From the IMG/VR virus record IMGVR_UViG_3300031998_000031, positions 1 to 64,000 of that record: a stretch of 64,000 bases of DNA; one strand, 5' to 3'. The translations under genes were made by a program, and so were the position numbers. This document shows positions 44,974 through 54,162 of this stretch, one piece after another. This DNA comes from a virus. Taxonomy: Duplodnaviria > Caudoviricetes. Positions within the stretch are counted from its first letter, which is position 1; the number at the start of each line of letters is the position of its first letter. Below the pieces are notes generated by a model, which did no database searches, had not been told where the DNA came from, and saw only the letters and a program-made list of their open reading frames with translations.

Positions 44974-45951
44974 ATGAATTACAACCAGAATTTTGACAGA
45001 CAGTATAGATGCACGATTGGTAATTCTGGTGGCGCTTTTGAGATAGGCGGCGGTCAATATCCTCTTCACATAGCGTTCGACATCAAAAAGGCGGACACTA
45101 AATCAAACAACTCAGCCACAGTTACCATATGGAATCTGAATGACAATCATGTATCAGCCCTTGATGAACCTGATTGCAGATTATTGCTTAAGGCTGGATA
45201 TGGTACGAGGCTATCACAGATATTCGAGGGCACTGTCAGCTACGCATCTACTGAAATGGATGGGGGCGATAGGAAGACTGAGATTGAGCTTGTCGATGGT
45301 TATATCGCGACGAGAGATACTTACATATCTGTTTCGTATAATGAAAAGATAAGCTGGAAAAGCATCATTGATGATGTCGCGAATAAGATGGGCATGGCTG
45401 TATCTTATTCATATAACGCTTCGGAAAACATTACAGATATATCGAGCGGATTTAGTTTTGTGGGCAAAGGTATAGACGTCCTCAGCAAGGCATGCAATTC
45501 GTGTGGGCTGTCTTGGAGTATTCAGAATGGCGTCATACAAATCAAGAAACCGAACGATGTAATGAATACTCAGGTCTATGTGCTTTCTTCAGACACAGGC
45601 TTGATAGGCTGGCCTAAAAAAGTCTCTATGGAGAAGAGTAAGACTAAGGGTGCTGTCAAAAACCTTGGGTATGACGTAAATTTTTTGCTTAATGGGGCTA
45701 TTGAAGTCAATAACTACGTTAAAGTCGAAAGCAAAGCAATCACGGGATTCTACAAGGTATTCAGTATATCTCATAAAGGTGATAATGTGTCTGGGGATTG
45801 GATATCCACCGCAAGGCTCACAGAACTGTCCTCTTCGGGTTCCTCTTCGCTTGGTTCTTCGAAGGATACCACATCGGGTAAATATCATTTTCAGGGCGCT
45901 GCGTACGGAAGTGAGCGTGCCAAGAAAACGAAGCTTAATCAAGTCAAATAG
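44974..45951 (+). CDS. Baseplate hub protein
   Basis: IWNL, LKAGY, IF.G.V, WSIQNG, TGLIG.P, H.GDN...W.S. Confidence 0.82.
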   Translation: MNYNQNFDRQYRCTIGNSGGAFEIGGGQYPLHIAFDIKKADTKSNNSATVTIWNLNDNHVSALDEPDCRLLLKAGYGTRLSQIFEGTVSYASTEMDGGDRKTEIELVDGYIATRDTYISVSYNEKISWKSIIDDVANKMGMAVSYSYNASENITDISSGFSFVGKGIDVLSKACNSCGLSWSIQNGVIQIKKPNDVMNTQVYVLSSDTGLIGWPKKVSMEKSKTKGAVKNLGYDVNFLLNGAIEVNNYVKVESKAITGFYKVFSISHKGDNVSGDWISTARLTELSSSGSSSLGSSKDTTSGKYHFQGAAYGSERAKKTKLNQVK

Positions 45952-45960
45952 GGAGGCTGT

Positions 45961-46722
45961 ATGATTCAGGAATTTATGGATAATCTGACTGACCTCATAG
46001 ACGGTTCGATTCAGGGCGTTCATACAGCTATGCCGGGAGTGATTAAGTCTTTCGACCCGGCCACAGGGCTTGCGACAGTGACGCCTACCGGCACCTATAA
46101 GGTCGATGATGAGACGACCTTGCCGTACCCGGATATAAGTTCGGTCCCGGTGATAATCCCACAATCGAGCGGCCAAGGGGTCATATTCGCTTTTCCGATA
46201 AAGGCTGGGGATGGATGCCTGATTGTTTTTTCTGAGCAGTCCACAGACTTATGGCTTTACGGCCAAGAGACGGGCACAGAACTTTCACATGACCTTTCGA
46301 GCGCCATAGCAATCGTTGGTCTAACGAACAAACCGAACCCGCTCATATCTGAGGCGGCGACTTCTAATAAGGCGATAGTCGCGTCGGGCACTACGAAGCT
46401 TTCAATTGGCGGCGGCAAAGTAAGCATAGTCGGCGACCTTGAAGTTAGTGGGAGTATAAGTTCGGGGGCTGGAGTGACGGCGGGAACATCACTGAATGTC
46501 GGGACTACCATTACGTCGCCGTCTTTCAGTACGGGCTCAGGTACTGCGTCGATAACGGGTAATATAAGCGTATCGGGCAATGTGTCAGCTTCGGGTAATG
46601 TATCTGGAAATGAGGTCTCTGGCAGCACTGTGACTGCTGGTGGCGTCAACCTTAGTTCCCATACTCACCCATATTCATGGAGCGAAGGTGCTGGGAGTGG
46701 CACGACTGGTGCGCCAAGCTAA
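45961..46722 (+). CDS. Baseplate spike (Gp138/gpV-like)
   Basis: HTAMPG.I.SFD, FPIK.GD.CL.VFSE, beta-repeat region, terminal HTH metal motif. Confidence 0.85.
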   Translation: MIQEFMDNLTDLIDGSIQGVHTAMPGVIKSFDPATGLATVTPTGTYKVDDETTLPYPDISSVPVIIPQSSGQGVIFAFPIKAGDGCLIVFSEQSTDLWLYGQETGTELSHDLSSAIAIVGLTNKPNPLISEAATSNKAIVASGTTKLSIGGGKVSIVGDLEVSGSISSGAGVTAGTSLNVGTTITSPSFSTGSGTASITGNISVSGNVSASGNVSGNEVSGSTVTAGGVNLSSHTHPYSWSEGAGSGTTGAPS

Positions 46723-46827
46723 AAATCGTCGATTTGAGCGACGAAAAATATCTAAGCGTAAAACTTTCCAGTGTGGAATAAAACTTTTTGCCACGGGGAG
46801 GTTTTTGACCTCAGCTAAGGAGGAAAT

Positions 46828-47181
46828 ATGTTAGATATACTTCTCGAAAAAGATGGGGACATTGCTCTGTCGAATACGTATGACATACAGCTGACTGAGA
46901 GCAAATGTCAGGCGGCTTTGGTCCGGCTGCGGTGGATACTTAATGAGTGGCGGCTTGGTCCCGATTTCGGTTTTCCATGGCTTGAGGACATGCTGGTCAA
47001 GAACCCTAATATTCCTAAAATAAAGCAAGCTATACGTGACGAGATAATGAAAGTCGAAGGTATCGACAGTGCGTATGTCACAGATGTTGAATATGATGCT
47101 GTGAAGCGTAAAGCTTGGTTTTCCTTCAAGATAGCCGTAGGTCAAGAAACGTTTGTAGAAGAGGTGGAATTATATGCCTGA
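46828..47181 (+). CDS. Baseplate wedge gp25/gpW-like protein
   Basis: RL.....EW.L....G.PW; position before baseplate J. Confidence 0.78.
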   Translation: MLDILLEKDGDIALSNTYDIQLTESKCQAALVRLRWILNEWRLGPDFGFPWLEDMLVKNPNIPKIKQAIRDEIMKVEGIDSAYVTDVEYDAVKRKAWFSFKIAVGQETFVEEVELYA

Positions 47182-48655
47182 TACTGAATACGGAATAACT
47201 TCAAGCGGCCCGAATATCAAAAGGCTTGATGTGATACTTAACGAGATGCACTCTGACCTCTCTGACCGCTGGGGCGTCAATACGAGGACAAATAAGGAGT
47301 CGCTCCTCAATCATCTTTTAACCAACTTTGCCGACCAGATAGCCCAGCTCTGGGAATTTGGTGCTGAAGTCTATTATTCTCAGTATCCAGCCACTGCTGA
47401 AGGCATATCTCTCGATAATGCGGCTCAGGCTGCCGGTGTCTTTAGGGAGCAGGCCTCTAAGTCGATATATCCGCTTTACTGTACTGGTATCGAGGGCACG
47501 TATCTTGATATGACTACAAGAGTGTCTTCGAGCACGAGCCCTACGGTATATCTGACTATCGTTGAAGGAAGTACGATAGGTTTGGATGAGTGCTACAGTC
47601 TGGTGCTGACTATACCCGGAACGCTCGGAAGGTTTGAGAGTTTTTCTGTGAGCTATCGTATGCCTTCTGGCTCAGGGGGTGCTGGCGGGTACACTGTAGG
47701 GACGAATCCTCCGCAGACTAAGATTCCAGTGCTGAGTGGCCTGCTTGAGGCTATAGTACGAAGCAATCCTGATATATCCGGCGTGGTGGATATTGAGGCG
47801 GAAACATTGACGCTTGTATTCCCGCAGAATTATAAAGTAACTGTATCTTCGAATATGAGCGTTGGTGATGTGACCACTATAATCAACTTTGAGACAGACG
47901 ACTATGGCGACATATATCTTCCTGATAATACTATCACCAAGATAGTAAACGGTCCCCAAGGATTTACCAGCGTAACTAATTCCGGCAACTATATCCACGG
48001 AAGCGACGCTGAAACTGATGATGAATTCAGGCAGTCATACACGGAAAAGATTCTTAAGGAATCGAGCACGATGGCGGAATCTATCAAGGTGGCGCTGCTT
48101 AATATAAATGGCGTGTATAGCGCTGCTGTTTACCAAAACGATGGTGATACGACAGATTCTGACGGACGTTATCCGCACAGTGTTGAAGGCGTGGTATCTT
48201 GTGAAGCTGTCCAGTCTGTATATGAAGAGGTTGCAGCGGCCATATTCAAATATAAGGCTGCTGGCATAAATACCTATGGGAACACTGCTGAAACTGTTAC
48301 TGGAAATAATGGCGAGAGCATCACTGTGCGATTCACTATACCGACAGCGCTGTATATCTGGTGGAAACTCGATATAACCACGCGCAATGTTTCAGATGAG
48401 GTCCCCGAAGATGAGGTAAAACAGATTATCATAAGCTATATATCCTCACTTGCGAGCGGTTCTGTGGTAGTTCCTCAGGAGATGTTCGGAACGCTTTACT
48501 CAAGATATCCATTCATAACGTATATCGACGTCCTACTTTGTTCGACCGATAGTCCGACTCCTGCACCGAGCGGTGCAAGTTATACATACCGCAGCATTGC
48601 TCTGACCCAGCGCCAGAGGGCTGAAACAACCACAGATATGATAAGTTTTACTTAG
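47174..48655 (+). CDS. Baseplate J-like protein
   Basis: AEG.SLD, G.D.ETDDEFR, PHSVE, KAAGI.TYG. Confidence 0.88.
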   Translation: MPDTEYGITSSGPNIKRLDVILNEMHSDLSDRWGVNTRTNKESLLNHLLTNFADQIAQLWEFGAEVYYSQYPATAEGISLDNAAQAAGVFREQASKSIYPLYCTGIEGTYLDMTTRVSSSTSPTVYLTIVEGSTIGLDECYSLVLTIPGTLGRFESFSVSYRMPSGSGGAGGYTVGTNPPQTKIPVLSGLLEAIVRSNPDISGVVDIEAETLTLVFPQNYKVTVSSNMSVGDVTTIINFETDDYGDIYLPDNTITKIVNGPQGFTSVTNSGNYIHGSDAETDDEFRQSYTEKILKESSTMAESIKVALLNINGVYSAAVYQNDGDTTDSDGRYPHSVEGVVSCEAVQSVYEEVAAAIFKYKAAGINTYGNTAETVTGNNGESITVRFTIPTALYIWWKLDITTRNVSDEVPEDEVKQIIISYISSLASGSVVVPQEMFGTLYSRYPFITYIDVLLCSTDSPTPAPSGASYTYRSIALTQRQRAETTTDMISFT

Positions 48656-48673
48656 CGAGAATCGGAGCCTAAG

Positions 48674-49267
48674 ATGAGAAACTTTGATTATTCGAAACAA
48701 CTTATAGCCGACCTTGTGGAGCAGTTTAAGGACAAGCCCAGAATAGAGGGCCTTTGCTTGACGATAGCAAAGCAGCTTCAGGATGTCTGTGACTTTTTTG
48801 AAGAACTTGATATCGAGCGCTCTGTCGATACAGCGTTTGGGGCGCAGTTGGACCTGATAGGGGCGGCTGCCGGTATCAGCAGAGACGAGGCTCTTGAGCT
48901 TGCAAGAGAATCAAGCTTCGTTTATGAGGACGATGATGAGGCTTACCGAACATATATTAAATATATGATTTCGAGAAACTCAGCCACGGGCACGTATGAG
49001 GACCTTATGAGGTCCATAAGGATGCAGTGGAACGGAGACGTCAGTTACTCAGAGAACCCCTCTGCACCAGCCACAATCAAGCTTACGACAACAAGGTTTA
49101 CAGGCAATGACATAGCAGGCCTGCTTGATGTCCCGATAGTCAAGGCTGCCGGGGTAAAGGTAGAAACCTATACGACAGCGAGTATCGACGGCAATCTTTA
49201 TGTAGGGGTAAGCCTTATTCAGAGGCGAAGTGATTCTTTTACAATAGGCAGTGAAGAGGAGGAATAA
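48674..49267 (+). CDS. Baseplate protein (DUF2612-like)
   Basis: DTA.G.QLD.IG, DDE.YR, KAAGV. Confidence 0.8.
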   Translation: MRNFDYSKQLIADLVEQFKDKPRIEGLCLTIAKQLQDVCDFFEELDIERSVDTAFGAQLDLIGAAAGISRDEALELARESSFVYEDDDEAYRTYIKYMISRNSATGTYEDLMRSIRMQWNGDVSYSENPSAPATIKLTTTRFTGNDIAGLLDVPIVKAAGVKVETYTTASIDGNLYVGVSLIQRRSDSFTIGSEEEE

Positions 49268-49270
49268 TCT

Positions 49271-50119
49271 ATGGCTGACAATATCCTTACTATCATGACA
49301 ACGCGTGGTATTCAGATGATAACGAATTCCATAGCAGGAGATGAGGTGACGTTTACCCGTCTTGGATTCGGCGATGGGGATATGCCGCAGAATCCAGAAT
49401 CCCGTACATCGCTGGTACATGAGTGCCTTTCATCGAATATCACGGACTTTTCGAGACAGTCTAATTACGTTCGGATAAAAACGGTTTTTGACAGTACAGA
49501 TGTGGCATCCACATTCAACCTGAAAGAGATAGGCGTCTTCGGCACGAGCACTGCATATCCCACAGAACAACTTATAGCGTATATCTACCAGAGCGACCTT
49601 ACCGAAACGGTGCTTGGCGATTCGGACAATAAATTTCTTGAGAACGAGTTCGCTGTGCAGATTATCATAGACGCCTCAGCTCAGGTGACCGCTAATATAG
49701 AATCCTTGGTCTATGTCAGTGAGTCTGAATTTAATGCCCACGCTTTAGATTACAACAATCCACATGGCGTTACGGCGGCGCAGATTGGCACGCAGCGCGT
49801 CAAGACCATTACGGCCACTCTTGGAGCTTCTAACTGGAATACTGTAATCATTAGCCCGGATATTACAGTGTATGATAACTTAATCAGTTTCGGCGCACGG
49901 CCAACGCCATATAGCTCTGATTCTCCTCAGGCCATAGTTTCCTTGGCTCCGCCTCTTACGGCTAACGCCGGTGTCTATATCAACGGAGAAGATGATGCGT
50001 GGGCGTGCGTGTTTGACGCAACGATAACCATGGTCAATTCTAACTGCAATGTAACAGTTCGTGCTTCAAAAAAGCCGTCTATAGATTTGAATGTTGTAGC
50101 CACGATTATAGGGTGGTAA
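49271..50119 (+). CDS. Tail fibre/collar protein
   Basis: T.RG, FT..G.GDG, F.LKEIGVF, NPH.VTA.QIG. Confidence 0.78.
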   Translation: MADNILTIMTTRGIQMITNSIAGDEVTFTRLGFGDGDMPQNPESRTSLVHECLSSNITDFSRQSNYVRIKTVFDSTDVASTFNLKEIGVFGTSTAYPTEQLIAYIYQSDLTETVLGDSDNKFLENEFAVQIIIDASAQVTANIESLVYVSESEFNAHALDYNNPHGVTAAQIGTQRVKTITATLGASNWNTVIISPDITVYDNLISFGARPTPYSSDSPQAIVSLAPPLTANAGVYINGEDDAWACVFDATITMVNSNCNVTVRASKKPSIDLNVVATIIGW

Positions 50120-50156
50120 TGGCACGTTATTGTAAAAAGATTAAGGAGGATAAACA

Positions 50157-50585
50157 ATGGGCTTTATTATTCCTGTAAATTCGCCAGTCCTCTCCGTAAA
50201 AAGGGGCGGTACAGGCAACACTTCTGTGGATACTGCGCCTACATCAGGAAGCAGCAGGATGGTGACGAGCGGCGGTGTGTACACGGCGCTTAATGGTAAA
50301 CAAAATACGCTCACGTTTGATGAAGCGCCGACTGCTGGCAGCAACAACCCGGTCAAGTCGGGCGGCGTAAAAACGGCGCTTGACGGAAAAGCCAATTCGG
50401 CGCACACTCACTCGGCGACCGATATTGGGTCTGGTATATTGCAAGGCCAAGTGACGGCAAATGATGCGGCGCAGCAGCAGACTCAGATTGCTCAATTGAG
50501 AAACATCAGTATGGGGACTACGAGTTATATTCCGGGCACTACGAACATGGCCAACGGCCAGATTTACATCCAGTATATTCTTTAA
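50157..50585 (+). CDS. Tail fibre-like protein
   Basis: D..PT.GS.N.V.SGGV repeats, HTH motif, G.IYIQY end. Confidence 0.72.
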   Translation: MGFIIPVNSPVLSVKRGGTGNTSVDTAPTSGSSRMVTSGGVYTALNGKQNTLTFDEAPTAGSNNPVKSGGVKTALDGKANSAHTHSATDIGSGILQGQVTANDAAQQQTQIAQLRNISMGTTSYIPGTTNMANGQIYIQYIL

Positions 50586-50597
50586 GGAGGCGGACAA

Positions 50598-51854
50598 ATG
50601 CCTTTATATGTGGGGGTCGAAGGAAAGGCCAGAGAGATGGCCGCCTGTTTCGTAGGGGTCGAAGGAAAGGCCAGAGAAGTACAGGCGATTTTTGTGGGAG
50701 TCGAGGGTAAAGCTCGGTTAGTTTACTCCAGTAATATCGACCATATCGAGTGCTACGTAAAAAAAATCGGCATAGGCCAAATGGATACAGCCGGTGTAAT
50801 CACCAACATCGTTTACGATGATTATTCACAAGTGTTTGCTCACGGCGATTTACAGGTCAGCGGCAATAGCATATCCGCGCTTGGATATGCTGGATATGTA
50901 GTAGTTGCATTCATAGGGATGAATGCTGTCTATGCGAGCGGCTACAAGATGGACCTGTATAACGTTCTTGCTCAAGGTAAGACCGTAATTCTCGATGCTT
51001 CAGGCACGCTTGGTTCAGAGACCGCTCAGTATTCAGTCAGAAGCGGGATAGCCCTTGCGAACGAGACGTTATCCATTGATACGAGCGGCATGACTCCGGG
51101 AGTTGCGAGAAACACCGTCGCTCAGGTCCCACAGAACATGTCTTCGACGTGGACGGACAGTGTCTGGAGCCAGACGTTTACCGGCATGAATGACCGCATC
51201 TATCAGGGCACCGTGCCGGGGAACGGGGCATTATCTCTTGCCCTGACTGTAAACAGGGTGAATATTGACGGAACGGATTATAACGTCGTATTTGAAGCTC
51301 TTCCGTATTGGCTGGGTAACTTGTCACACTTCTTGGTCGAATGGAATGGCGCAGCGACCTACGCGGGTTCTTCAGGCTCTTCAATCAACGATGTAACCAT
51401 CGGCTCAGGGCGGAGCATCCTTCTGCAACACGGGGAATTATCCATATCCGAATCATCCGTCTATATCAAGACGAACGAGATTACGCCGTACGTATACACC
51501 ACGAATTATATTTATGGCAACATGTATGCTGTACTCAGAGATGGTTCGAGAATCGCAGTTGGTTCCCCGGCAGATATTGGTTCTTATTCGGTGGTGGCTA
51601 ATCTAAACTATTCAAATTATTCCTATAATGCAGTTGCGCCCGTCCCTTATTGTTGGGGGCTTGGAGATACTTCAGCCACGAGTATTACCTCAGGAAACTT
51701 TACGCGAGTATATTCAAACGGCGGAAGTTTTGGCCTGCGGTGTATTTGTGGTATGTGGAATGGTGTAGGAACGCAGGCTTTCAACCTAAATGCAGTGAAT
51801 GTTTCGTGCCATGGCAAGTCTTATCCTCTTAAGTTCTCGGACGCCGTGCAGTAG
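50598..51854 (+). CDS. Tail fibre-associated/receptor-binding protein
   Basis: Three N-terminal VGVEGKAR repeats, beta-rich body. Confidence 0.7.
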   Translation: MPLYVGVEGKAREMAACFVGVEGKAREVQAIFVGVEGKARLVYSSNIDHIECYVKKIGIGQMDTAGVITNIVYDDYSQVFAHGDLQVSGNSISALGYAGYVVVAFIGMNAVYASGYKMDLYNVLAQGKTVILDASGTLGSETAQYSVRSGIALANETLSIDTSGMTPGVARNTVAQVPQNMSSTWTDSVWSQTFTGMNDRIYQGTVPGNGALSLALTVNRVNIDGTDYNVVFEALPYWLGNLSHFLVEWNGAATYAGSSGSSINDVTIGSGRSILLQHGELSISESSVYIKTNEITPYVYTTNYIYGNMYAVLRDGSRIAVGSPADIGSYSVVANLNYSNYSYNAVAPVPYCWGLGDTSATSITSGNFTRVYSNGGSFGLRCICGMWNGVGTQAFNLNAVNVSCHGKSYPLKFSDAVQ

Positions 51855-51873
51855 GCGAGATAGCCAAGGTCTA

Positions 51874-51933
51874 TTCACACATTTACACGCTTTTACACTA
51901 TTATTCATCTGTTAAACGTTTTATAGTTATAAT
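51874..51933 (+). promoter_or_regulatory. Second candidate late promoter
   Basis: Phased T(T/C)ACAC boxes sharing CTTTTACACTATT with 19411-19423; TATAAT at 51928. Confidence 0.62.
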
Positions 51934-52020
51934 AAGGATATCCCAGTTTAAAGAGGCTTGCCGGTTTCTTACTACTCACTCCTTTTCCGGCAAGCTCTTT
52001 AATTTGTATAGGAGAGTCGC

Positions 52021-53967
52021 ATGAGTTGGTATAGAGGCGGTACGCCTACACAGGTTTTCAAGTTTTATCTTAAAAAGGTAACGGGAGAATGCGAAGAGGC
52101 TGAGGTCCATGTAGCGCCGTTTGACATGTCTATATTCGATGATTTTGTCATCACGTATAGTCAGAACGGCACGACTGTCATAGAAAAGCATAAGGCTGAT
52201 TGTACGGTCGACCAGAACGAGGTATCGTTCAAGTTCACGCAGCAGGAGACGTTCCTCTTCGATGCTTCCGCGCCCGCAAAGATTCAGTTCCGGGGCGTTA
52301 CCGGCAAAGGCGAAGTGGCCACTACTCAGGTCCAAAAGCGCAGTGTAAAGAACGTGCTGAATGAGCAAGTCATAGGTCACGACCTTCAGATAGATGCAGG
52401 GACCGGCTCTCCGTCGGCTTCGGATGTCGATTTCGTATTCGAGGAAAAAGAATATATCGAGATGGATTTGGAGGATATAAGCGTCCTCACAGAGACCGTC
52501 CATGACAAGCTGGGCAACAGGGATATACCCGACCAGCACCCGATATCCGCTATCACCGACCTTACAGAATCCTTGGAGGCGAGGCCGCTTAAAGAGGATA
52601 CGGTATCGTCTATCACTCTTGAGGATACGACCTTTACTGTCACGATGGCGAACGGGGATACTGAGACGTTCGACCAGAAGTGGCAACCTAACACCGCGTC
52701 TCAGGAAGGCTACGTTCCTTCAAGCGAGGGCGCGGCGAACAAGGTCTGGAAGACCGATGAGTACGGTGACCCGTCGTGGCAGGATGCTGCTCCAGAGCTT
52801 TCGGCTCAGTCGCCGATAGCGATAGTAAACGGCGATATCGTTCACGAGGACAGCAACGTTACCGCCGGAACGTATGGAGACGCAAATGCTCAGACTCCGG
52901 GGTTCGGCGGTACGTTCAAGGTCACGCGACAGACGGTGGACGCAAAAGGACACGTCACATCGCTGTCCGAGCATACGGTCACGATACCGAACGCTGTTGC
53001 GACTGACCAGAGCGATGGTCTGATGGGAGCGACAGAACATGCGTTGCTTTCAAGCCACGACCAGCAGATTGCAGACATCGAAGGCGTCATCCCAGTTCAA
53101 GCGACTGCTCAGAATCAGCTTGCAGATAAAGAGTTCGTAAACGATAGCATAAATACGTCCCTTGCTCACTTCAGAGGCTCATTTGCGACCTACGCAGCCC
53201 TGATGGCTGTGCAGTGGCAGACATCTAATCCGTCTGGCGCAAATTACGTCTCCAATAATGACTACGCCGTAATCGAAGAGGATGAGACGCATGCCGGGGA
53301 GTCTTGGAGGTACGTCTATGTCTTAGAGCAGGGCGGACAGAATAATGGCTGGCAGCCGCAGTACAAGATAGGCGGCGGCACAGGGGACATGGAGTCCTCT
53401 GTATATGACCCGGAAGGGACCGTGGCAGAGTCCGGCGGCATACCCGAATATGTGGCCGAGCACGCGCAGGCTGCACTGACGTTCGACGACAACCCGCAGC
53501 CCCAGAGCGATAATCCTGTAAAATCAAGCGGCATCTACGCATCCCTTTTGAATAGGCAGGCGTCTATCTGGTCCACGACCGTTACGCTCTCTACATCGTG
53601 GTCCGGTGACGACCCTTACTCTCAGGCTATATCCGTAAGCGGGACCACCGTGAACAGTATGGTGGACATCGTTTCCGATAACGCTCTCATCGACCAGATG
53701 ATTGCCGACGGCACCATGGCTATGTGGATTGAGAACGATAACGGGAGCCTTACAGTCAAAATCACCGGCGCAGAGCTTACAGCTGCCGTGACGCTCACAC
53801 TTGTCATCATAGAGATAGGTAGCGTCGCCCCGTCTCAGTACAACAGCAGCAACGAGGTCGTGTCGCATAAGGTGACCTCAATCACGAGTGCGTCCACAGA
53901 CGTAGAGTATCCGTCTGCAAAGGCGGTATGGACGCTGTTCAATTCGATAACCAATGCAAATGAGTAG
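52021..53967 (+). CDS. Mosaic tail fibre/structural protein
   Basis: RGGTPT, TQ.ET..F, QHPISAI..L, VDAKGHVT, DGLM, YPSAKAV fibre motifs. Confidence 0.75.
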   Translation: MSWYRGGTPTQVFKFYLKKVTGECEEAEVHVAPFDMSIFDDFVITYSQNGTTVIEKHKADCTVDQNEVSFKFTQQETFLFDASAPAKIQFRGVTGKGEVATTQVQKRSVKNVLNEQVIGHDLQIDAGTGSPSASDVDFVFEEKEYIEMDLEDISVLTETVHDKLGNRDIPDQHPISAITDLTESLEARPLKEDTVSSITLEDTTFTVTMANGDTETFDQKWQPNTASQEGYVPSSEGAANKVWKTDEYGDPSWQDAAPELSAQSPIAIVNGDIVHEDSNVTAGTYGDANAQTPGFGGTFKVTRQTVDAKGHVTSLSEHTVTIPNAVATDQSDGLMGATEHALLSSHDQQIADIEGVIPVQATAQNQLADKEFVNDSINTSLAHFRGSFATYAALMAVQWQTSNPSGANYVSNNDYAVIEEDETHAGESWRYVYVLEQGGQNNGWQPQYKIGGGTGDMESSVYDPEGTVAESGGIPEYVAEHAQAALTFDDNPQPQSDNPVKSSGIYASLLNRQASIWSTTVTLSTSWSGDDPYSQAISVSGTTVNSMVDIVSDNALIDQMIADGTMAMWIENDNGSLTVKITGAELTAAVTLTLVIIEIGSVAPSQYNSSNEVVSHKVTSITSASTDVEYPSAKAVWTLFNSITNANE

Positions 53968-53975
53968 AGTTTCTG

Positions 53976-54131
53976 ATGGCAAACGTTCTTTTTGAAGAAA
54001 ACAGTTTGAGCGCGATAGCCTCTGCGATACGTGCAAAGAACGGGCTTTCGACTACATATAGGCCGTCAGAGATGGCTGCTGCCATTACTGCGATTCCAAG
54101 CGGTGGCGGCGATGTAACGATAGAGCTATAA
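53976..54131 (+). CDS. 51-aa stub carrying a fibre N-terminal motif (possibly a truncated gene)
   Basis: LSAIASAIRAKNG...P.EMAAAITAIPSGGGDVTIEL then stop. Confidence 0.6.
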   Translation: MANVLFEENSLSAIASAIRAKNGLSTTYRPSEMAAAITAIPSGGGDVTIEL

Positions 54132-54162
54132 GGGCCATACATAAAACAAAAAGGAGCTTTTT

